Positions 8,962-13,829 of a stretch of DNA of 13,829 bases are shown one piece after another; positions within the stretch are counted from its first letter, which is position 1, and every line of letters starts with the position of its first letter. The position numbers were made by a program, and so were the translations under genes. The stretch lies in the NCBI GenBank assembly GCA_043804895.1, contig JAZDIN010000041.1:1-13829 (forward strand). The letters run 5' to 3'. The DNA comes from Candidatus Altiarchaeota archaeon (GTDB lineage: Archaea > Altiarchaeota > Altiarchaeia > IMC4 > SCGC-AAA252-I15). Under the pieces are notes generated by a model. That model saw nothing but the letters and a program-made list of their open reading frames with translations, ran no database searches and was not told the origin of the DNA.

Positions 8962-9029
8962 GAGCCGAAGGCGAGAGTGCAACGTGCCGACGAACAGCAA
9001 AGCTGTGAGGAGCGTAAATTTTGGCGGCT

Positions 9030-9494
9030 TTACTGCGACAAGTCAAACAACTTTAGACATTCATTTCTAAGAAATCCTTCAACCAATTCGAGTTTTGGAG
9101 TGCCTTTTTTAAGAACATCTTTGCAGGGTATACCAATCTGTCTCCATGAGAAATTCTTTCTTTGTCTTTGCTTTGCATCTTCGATAAAAGCTCCAAAAAC
9201 AATTCCCTTCATTTTTGCCCAAATTGCAGCAGACGCACACATTGGACAAGGTTCATGTGTAGAATAAAGAATACATCCTTCTAAGTATTTTGAATTTAAG
9301 TTTTTGCAAGCATTTCTTATAGAAACAATTTCAGCATGAACTGTTGGATCATTTTCATGCTTTAAATGTGTTGTTCCTGTAGCAATAATCTCATCATCTT
9401 TAACAATTACTGCACCTAAAGCGTAATCTCCATTTTTTGCAGATTCCTTAGCAAGTTCTATTGCTTTTTGCATGAATTCCTTTTTTGCTTGCAT
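9030..9494 (-). CDS. Zinc-dependent nucleoside/nucleobase deaminase (TadA/GuaD-like CDA superfamily)
   Basis: HAE and PCPMC motifs; GC visibly lower than neighbours (20/60 in line 9061-9120). Confidence 0.93.
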   Translation of the reverse strand: MQAKKEFMQKAIELAKESAKNGDYALGAVIVKDDEIIATGTTHLKHENDPTVHAEIVSIRNACKNLNSKYLEGCILYSTHEPCPMCASAAIWAKMKGIVFGAFIEDAKQRQRKNFSWRQIGIPCKDVLKKGTPKLELVEGFLRNECLKLFDLSQ

Positions 9495-9516
9495 AAATCT
9501 AATAGAATAATTAGAG

Positions 9517-9524
9517 ATATAAAA
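9517..9524 (-). promoter_or_regulatory. TATA box of the deaminase gene (leaderless spacing)
   Basis: TTTTATAT ending about 23 nt before the ATG at 9494. Confidence 0.55.
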
Positions 9525-9547
9525 GTCTTGTGGCCGCCAAAATTTAT

Positions 9548-9587
9548 TTCACTTAACAACAATTAAGCGACAAAAAGTCCGCTTAAT
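9548..9587 (-). other. Second core site with hairpin (truncated attC or attI-like)
   Basis: TTCACTTAACA (9548-9558) repeats 8873-8883 exactly; adjacent hairpin on minus strand ATTAAGC-G-GAC-TTTTT-GTC-GCTTAAT; no RYYYAAC partner on the far side. Confidence 0.55.
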
Positions 9588-9642
9588 CCTCTAATCTAGT
9601 CATTATCCAGTACTTCTTATAAATGTGCAAACCCGCCTAATT

Positions 9643-9864
9643 CTACAACTTATTACCTAGTTCTTCCCTCGTCATCCCAACATGTTCCAGAATATTCAGT
9701 AGCGTGCCCTTCTTGAGAGTATCGTGTAAGGGTATCGTAACTCTGTTGAATGGATGCGTTATCCTCTTTAAAGTGACATGGCTTCCCTTTCGCGAATGTA
9801 TGACATACCCCTCATGCAGAAGCAGTTTTATAATCTCCTCACCAGAAACAACGGGGAGTTTCAT
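9643..9864 (-). CDS. hicA: HicA family toxin
   Basis: LPVVSGEEIIKLL...RKGSHVTL...VTIPLH...KKGTLLNIL. Confidence 0.93.
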   Translation of the reverse strand: MKLPVVSGEEIIKLLLHEGYVIHSRKGSHVTLKRITHPFNRVTIPLHDTLKKGTLLNILEHVGMTREELGNKL

Positions 9865-10085
9865 GACAGGGAAACGACATCAATATATGCTTTCGGAAGT
9901 TTGTCAGGCTTTACACCATCCTGTCTAAGACTGTCAAGGTGGCATTCAATCGCTTCACGAGCATTACGCAGGGCCTCCTCTTTTGTGTTCCCTTGTGTGA
10001 AGCATCCTGGCAAACCCAGCACTATCACAGTGTATCCGCCTTCCTCAGCAGGCTGTAATACAACTTTATACTTGTGTGAGTTCAT
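9861..10085 (-). CDS. hicB: HicB family antitoxin (short form without an obvious DNA-binding domain)
   Basis: EEGGYTV...LPGCFTQGNTKEEALRNAREAI; stop overlaps the hicA start (ATGA). Confidence 0.93.
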   Translation of the reverse strand: MNSHKYKVVLQPAEEGGYTVIVLGLPGCFTQGNTKEEALRNAREAIECHLDSLRQDGVKPDKLPKAYIDVVSLS

Positions 10086-10102
10086 CAGTTAATATCTCTC
10101 CT

Positions 10103-10126
10103 TAGGACCTTAAAAACAAAGTCCTA
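10103..10126 (-). promoter_or_regulatory. hicBA promoter: TATA-like box enclosed by an inverted repeat
   Basis: TAGGAC-N12-GTCCTA surrounding TTTTTAA (minus strand, 10110-10116), about 25 nt from ATG 10085. Confidence 0.45.
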
Positions 10127-10226
10127 GTACTGGAAAACTTCTCAGAAATATTTCCCTAATGGCGGTATTACTACCCTTTACTATACTCCTTTTTATACCC
10201 CTCATGCGGTAAGCTAACTGGTGGAA

Positions 10227-10313
10227 ATGGCTGAAACATCGGTACTAGCAACCTGCGTGGCACTGCTCGGCCTTGACCTTGCCATACACTTCAAGATTTG
10301 GATGAACTCGTGA
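10227..10313 (+). CDS. Putative 28-aa hydrophobic small protein
   Basis: MAETSVLATCVALLGLDLAIHFKIWMNS; preceded by GGTGG and by TTTTATA at 10191-10197; stops 8 nt before the next ATG. Confidence 0.4.
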   Translation: MAETSVLATCVALLGLDLAIHFKIWMNS

Positions 10314-10321
10314 GGGAATGT

Positions 10322-12439
10322 ATGACACAAGGCAGAGCGAAAGGACAAGCATCAGTGGAACTCATATCATACCTCGGGCTTTTCATGCTAGCCTTGGCTG
10401 CGGCGTTAATCTACTTCTATCCAGACTGGGAGACTAAGAACAGGTTCAGCACAGCGGAAGTCACAGTATCTGACATCAGACAGACAACAGACAACGTCTA
10501 CACATCAGGACCCGGCCGGAGGGAGACGATAACAATTCGGGTTCCTTCAGGAGTGAGCGGAACGCAGGCGTCAGACAATCGTATTCTCATGCGACTTCAG
10601 CTTCCAGGTGGCGGGACGTCAGACGCATTGGAGGTTACGAAGGCGCCTCTTAAAGGGTACATTCCAACGCAGGAGGGAACACACCAGCTCACCATAGAGT
10701 ACATGAACTCTGGGTTCGTGGTTCTTGGCAGTGGCCTAAGTATCGAACCATCCTTCACTGAGTTGAAGACCACTCCGGATAATCGGACGAACTTCACAGT
10801 AACGGTGTCAAACTCAGCTGACAGGACAATCTCTGCGATTAACGTGTCAGTCAGCGGACAGGAAAGCTGGTTCACCCTAAATGAAACAGGATTCAGTCTA
10901 AACAAAGGCGAGGATAAGGCATTACTCATACAAGTAACGACTCCCGGGATGATACTCCCAATAACATACACGAATTACCTCAAGGCTGAATCTGCTGACG
11001 CATACGCCGAAGCCACAGTTAACGTCATAGTCGAGGGTGTCGTGTGCGGCGATACAGTAAAAGAACTCCTAGAGTCATGCGAGACCAGGACACCATTCAC
11101 GTTCCCGGACAACAACAATCCGTACTGCCCCAACCCCGGGGGTGGCGGAGGAAGCGTGCAGTGTGACGCAACCAACACAAGATACAAGGCATACGACCAA
11201 CACGGCCAGTGCCTTTCCGACTGCACCTGCACTCAGGACACGCCAGAATGGGTGACCTGTGGTAGCGGATGCGTTGACCCCCAATACTGCAACAACTGCC
11301 CGCACTGCTTCGACGGAGCGCAAAACTGCGGTGAAACAATAATTGACGGCGGAGGAGCATGTCCGATTTGCGACGGCACTGATGACATACTGGAAGGATT
11401 CCAATGCTCTCTAGGGCAGACGCGCCAGTGCGGAGGCCCAGAATGTTCAGGGACACAAACATGTGAAAGGATTGGAACAGCAGGTTGTGGATGGGGAGTC
11501 TGCTCAACATCCGGGCAACACTGCCAGAACGGGGTTAAATGCTGCACATGCGCTGGAGACCCAACAAACCCGGTAAAGACCTTCAACGCTACATGGGCTC
11601 CAACAGATTGCGCAGGAAACGTGACGACATGCGGCTTCCCAACAACCTGCCAGGCCGGAACATACACTCAGATTTGCACTGGCTTAGACGCATGCTCCGC
11701 GAACCTCTCAGACATTAGGGCATCCAACATCTCAGGCTGCGTCGGCCAGACGTGCGGGGAGGCTCAAAACCAGTGTTACGACAACGTGTATCCCTGCCAC
11801 GGCAGTCAGACGACCTTCACATGCTCTATGGAGGGGTCCTGTCAGAGCACGACTCAGGAGAACCTGTTAGCCTGCGGCTCGGAGTCGAGTTGTCTGCCGC
11901 CCCAGGCACTCATCTTGCACAAGCTCGACATCAACGACCCGAGTGATTATGTTGATGCGCCAAAAAGCTACGCAAGTGTGCCCGGCTTCTACTTCAACTG
12001 GCCTGCCATCTGCACCGACGCCAACTTTAAAATCACAACCTACACGCAGATGTATCATACTGACCCCGGAGCCTATGCGCCGTATATGAACGGTACGCTA
12101 TACCTCTACGGTAAGGGCTACCACATATACAATCAGTTCTACCATGATGACTGCCACTGGACTCAATGTCAGCATAATAGTGATGGGATTAAGCGGAGTT
12201 ACATCAGAATCGGCACAAATGCCAGCAACTACCTCGAGTATACCTCTCCTGTCTGGAAACCGGAATGGCAGAGGGGGTCCATAAACCTGGAAAATCCTGC
12301 CCGGAAGAGAGGTACAGTCAACTGGAGTGACATAAGATACCTACAATTCGGTTATGTTGTGAATAGGGAGTGCCAGTCGACAGACAGCGGATGCGGGTAC
12401 TGCCACATGTGGCTCGACTCAGTCACCTTAGAAAGATGA
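10322..12439 (+). CDS. Large class III signal peptide protein; putative minor pilin/adhesin with Ig-like, Cys-rich and C-terminal beta-sandwich regions
   Basis: MTQGRAKGQ-ASVE plus hydrophobic helix; beta-rich Ig-like segment; Cys-rich segment; C-terminal W..GSINL / VNWSDIRYLQF / MWLDSVTL pattern. Confidence 0.8.
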   Translation: MTQGRAKGQASVELISYLGLFMLALAAALIYFYPDWETKNRFSTAEVTVSDIRQTTDNVYTSGPGRRETITIRVPSGVSGTQASDNRILMRLQLPGGGTSDALEVTKAPLKGYIPTQEGTHQLTIEYMNSGFVVLGSGLSIEPSFTELKTTPDNRTNFTVTVSNSADRTISAINVSVSGQESWFTLNETGFSLNKGEDKALLIQVTTPGMILPITYTNYLKAESADAYAEATVNVIVEGVVCGDTVKELLESCETRTPFTFPDNNNPYCPNPGGGGGSVQCDATNTRYKAYDQHGQCLSDCTCTQDTPEWVTCGSGCVDPQYCNNCPHCFDGAQNCGETIIDGGGACPICDGTDDILEGFQCSLGQTRQCGGPECSGTQTCERIGTAGCGWGVCSTSGQHCQNGVKCCTCAGDPTNPVKTFNATWAPTDCAGNVTTCGFPTTCQAGTYTQICTGLDACSANLSDIRASNISGCVGQTCGEAQNQCYDNVYPCHGSQTTFTCSMEGSCQSTTQENLLACGSESSCLPPQALILHKLDINDPSDYVDAPKSYASVPGFYFNWPAICTDANFKITTYTQMYHTDPGAYAPYMNGTLYLYGKGYHIYNQFYHDDCHWTQCQHNSDGIKRSYIRIGTNASNYLEYTSPVWKPEWQRGSINLENPARKRGTVNWSDIRYLQFGYVVNRECQSTDSGCGYCHMWLDSVTLER

Positions 12440-12535
12440 AGTCTGCAGCCTAAAGGCTGCAGTATTCCAAATACGCTCAAAATGCCAAACAAAGATGGAA
12501 GGTGCAAGCGAGTACGGACTCGCGTATTTGTAATG
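12440..12535 (+). repeat. Structured intergenic repeat, copy 2
   Basis: Hairpin CTGCAGCC-TAAA-GGCTGCAG (12443-12462); 12/13 inverted repeat ATTCCAAATACGC (12464-12476) / GCGTATTTGTAAT (12522-12534); inner GCGAGT-ACGG-ACTCGC hairpin. Confidence 0.9.
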
Positions 12536-12904
12536 AAAAAAGCCCAGTTAAGCATGGAGGCCGTTGGTGCGGTATCTCTTATCATGCTTCTTTTCACAGC
12601 TGCGTTGGGTTTGAAGCTCAACCTACAGGATGAGATGGCTGACCGAACTATGCTGCTCGTGGAAGACGTGGATTGCAGCGACCTCTCAGCTGCCCTCAAC
12701 GCAGTCTACTCCAACGGACCTGGGGCTGAGACGGTGTTAGTGGTTGGAGGGAATTTCACCGTACGCCCGGGTCTTGTAGAGTTAGGCACTACAGACGGTA
12801 CATACTACTGCAACATCGACAACAACGCAATCGACGGTGTGACGACGCTCACCGCACGCACATATACGATAAAAAATGTCAAAGGCAAGGTCGAGTTCAC
12901 ATAA
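12533..12904 (+). CDS. Class III signal peptide (pilin-like) protein
   Basis: MKKAQ-LSME plus hydrophobic helix; ATG 12533 is the plausible start, not 12482. Confidence 0.8.
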   Translation: MKKAQLSMEAVGAVSLIMLLFTAALGLKLNLQDEMADRTMLLVEDVDCSDLSAALNAVYSNGPGAETVLVVGGNFTVRPGLVELGTTDGTYYCNIDNNAIDGVTTLTARTYTIKNVKGKVEFT

Positions 12905-13382
12905 GGGGCAGCTATTCGGCGCAGACCTGATAACTGCAGTCACGCTGTTCCTCATAGCGTCAGGCCTGCTGCTTTTGTCCTGGAACTTCATCAAAACCAG
13001 ATTGGATGAGTCAACCCAAATGAGAGATTTGGAGTACAAGACGCACACGGCAGCCGACATACTCGTTAAAACACAAGGTGAACCGGTCAACTGGCAGGAC
13101 AACCCCCTATCAGAGAACATAACAAGCATCGGGCTCGCAGCTTCAGACCGGGTGATACTGGAAGAAAAACTCGAAGCATTAACTGGCATAGACGAGATGA
13201 AGCTAAGACAACTGCTAAGAACGGACGGCAACAAAATACACGTCCTATTAAAGACGATAGACGGCGTCAATGTGGCGATGGCCGGCCAGCCCCCCGTCGG
13301 CAAACAGGCAGTGAAGGCGACACGCATTATAACCTACAAAGGGCAGCCAGCATTCCTTGAGGTGACTTTATGGACTCAATGA
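12876..13382 (+). CDS. Class III signal peptide (pilin-like) protein
   Basis: KGQ-LFGAD plus hydrophobic helix; ADILVKTQGEPVNW and IGLA motifs seen in archaeal pilin-cluster proteins. Confidence 0.8.
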   Translation: MSKARSSSHKGQLFGADLITAVTLFLIASGLLLLSWNFIKTRLDESTQMRDLEYKTHTAADILVKTQGEPVNWQDNPLSENITSIGLAASDRVILEEKLEALTGIDEMKLRQLLRTDGNKIHVLLKTIDGVNVAMAGQPPVGKQAVKATRIITYKGQPAFLEVTLWTQ

Positions 13383-13786
13383 GACGAGGCCTCGTCTTCA
13401 CCGCGGACGGCATACTCGCAGTCTCAGCTGCCCTAGTACTTGCAGTCGGCAGTTTCCTCTACATACAGGATGTAAACCGGAGCCAATGGAATGACGTTAA
13501 CATGATGCGAACAGCCTACGACTTAGGGCTGGCATTGGATAGGGATGGGATCCTGCCATCGAACAACAGAACCCTAATAGAAGACATGCTAAAGAAGACC
13601 ATGCCGGACAACATGAACGTGTCCCTCCAGATACAAAGATACTACTTTGTGGAAGGCAACCTAAGCCTCATAGACTCCAGAAGATACGGCCAGGATGTCG
13701 GCGGAAACCATATGACTCAGCGTGTGGTTTCGACAGACCCGAAGGGAGGCTATTACATAACGGACGTGAGGGTTGGTTTGAGATGA
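13370..13786 (+). CDS. Class III signal peptide (pilin-like) protein
   Basis: MRRG-LVFTAD plus hydrophobic helix; GAGGTGA before ATG 13370; alternative start 13379. Confidence 0.78.
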   Translation: MDSMRRGLVFTADGILAVSAALVLAVGSFLYIQDVNRSQWNDVNMMRTAYDLGLALDRDGILPSNNRTLIEDMLKKTMPDNMNVSLQIQRYYFVEGNLSLIDSRRYGQDVGGNHMTQRVVSTDPKGGYYITDVRVGLR

Positions 13787-13829
13787 AAAACAGCGGAATA
13801 CTCTTCACACTGGGTGTCGTGGCGCTCGG
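13783..13829 (+). CDS. Pilin-like protein, N-terminus only (truncated by window edge)
   Basis: ATGA overlap with the previous stop; MKNSG-ILFTLGVVAL. Confidence 0.6.
   Translation, partial: MKNSGILFTLGVVAL

Larger units (their letters stand above)
9015..9546. repeat. Perfect 14-bp inverted repeat bracketing the deaminase gene and its promoter
   Basis: TAAATTTTGGCGGC (9015-9028) and GCCGCCAAAATTTA (9533-9546). Confidence 0.9.
8849..9635. mobile_element. Non-autonomous TIR element (MITE / mobile insertion cassette) with a passenger gene
   Basis: Terminal inverted repeats GGGTTTGCACATT (8850-8862) / AATGTGCAAACCC (9622-9634); flanking direct repeat CCTAATTC(T) at 8841-8849 and 9636-9644; AT-rich interior; no transposase ORF. 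Confidence 0.85.

Noticed and set aside
8953-9267. 104-aa plus-strand ORF
   Set aside because: Antisense to the deaminase and runs through the hairpin region; no recognisable motifs
11900-12439. Diversity-generating retroelement target in the adhesin C-terminus
   Set aside because: No template repeat or reverse transcriptase in the window, and no C-type lectin pattern recognised
12482-12532. N-terminal extension MPNKDGR... of the pilin-like ORF, and the mini-ORF MPNSQTSTGGASE in copy 1
   Set aside because: Both come from the repeat, their frames are not conserved between copies, and the signal peptide begins at 12533
5203-12537. The two repeats as ends of one 7.3-kb composite element
   Set aside because: Joining the outer flanks would fuse abrB to a pilin gene and split both operons; independent insertions fit better
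1-13829. CRISPR array, tRNA or rRNA genes, and remaining short overlapping ORFs
   Set aside because: No regularly spaced repeats or RNA-gene signatures seen by eye; the other track ORFs are shadows of better-supported genes

Overview
Archaeal genomic window (TATA-like promoters, NreA-like repair gene, class III signal peptide genes; DPANN/Altiarchaeota-like style is an inference only). From left to right it holds the 3' end of a TrkH K+ transporter, an ACT-domain protein, a small Cys-rich protein, a MATE exporter, three toxin-antitoxin-type pairs (wHTH-MNT/HEPN, AbrB/PIN, HicB/HicA), an Nre DNA repair protein, a TrmB-like regulator / N4-C methyltransferase / EamA run, and the start of a pilin-like operon with a large Cys-rich adhesin. 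Two non-coding systems stand out. (1) A transposase-less 787-bp element (8849-9635) with terminal inverted repeats and a target-site duplication carries an AT-rich deaminase gene arranged like an integron gene cassette (attC-like hairpin, repeated core site), and the gene is itself bracketed by a further perfect 14-bp inverted repeat. (2) A roughly 100-bp structured repeat occurs twice (5203-5311, 12440-12535), each time wedged into what looks like a formerly overlapping stop/start junction and ending on the downstream ATG.
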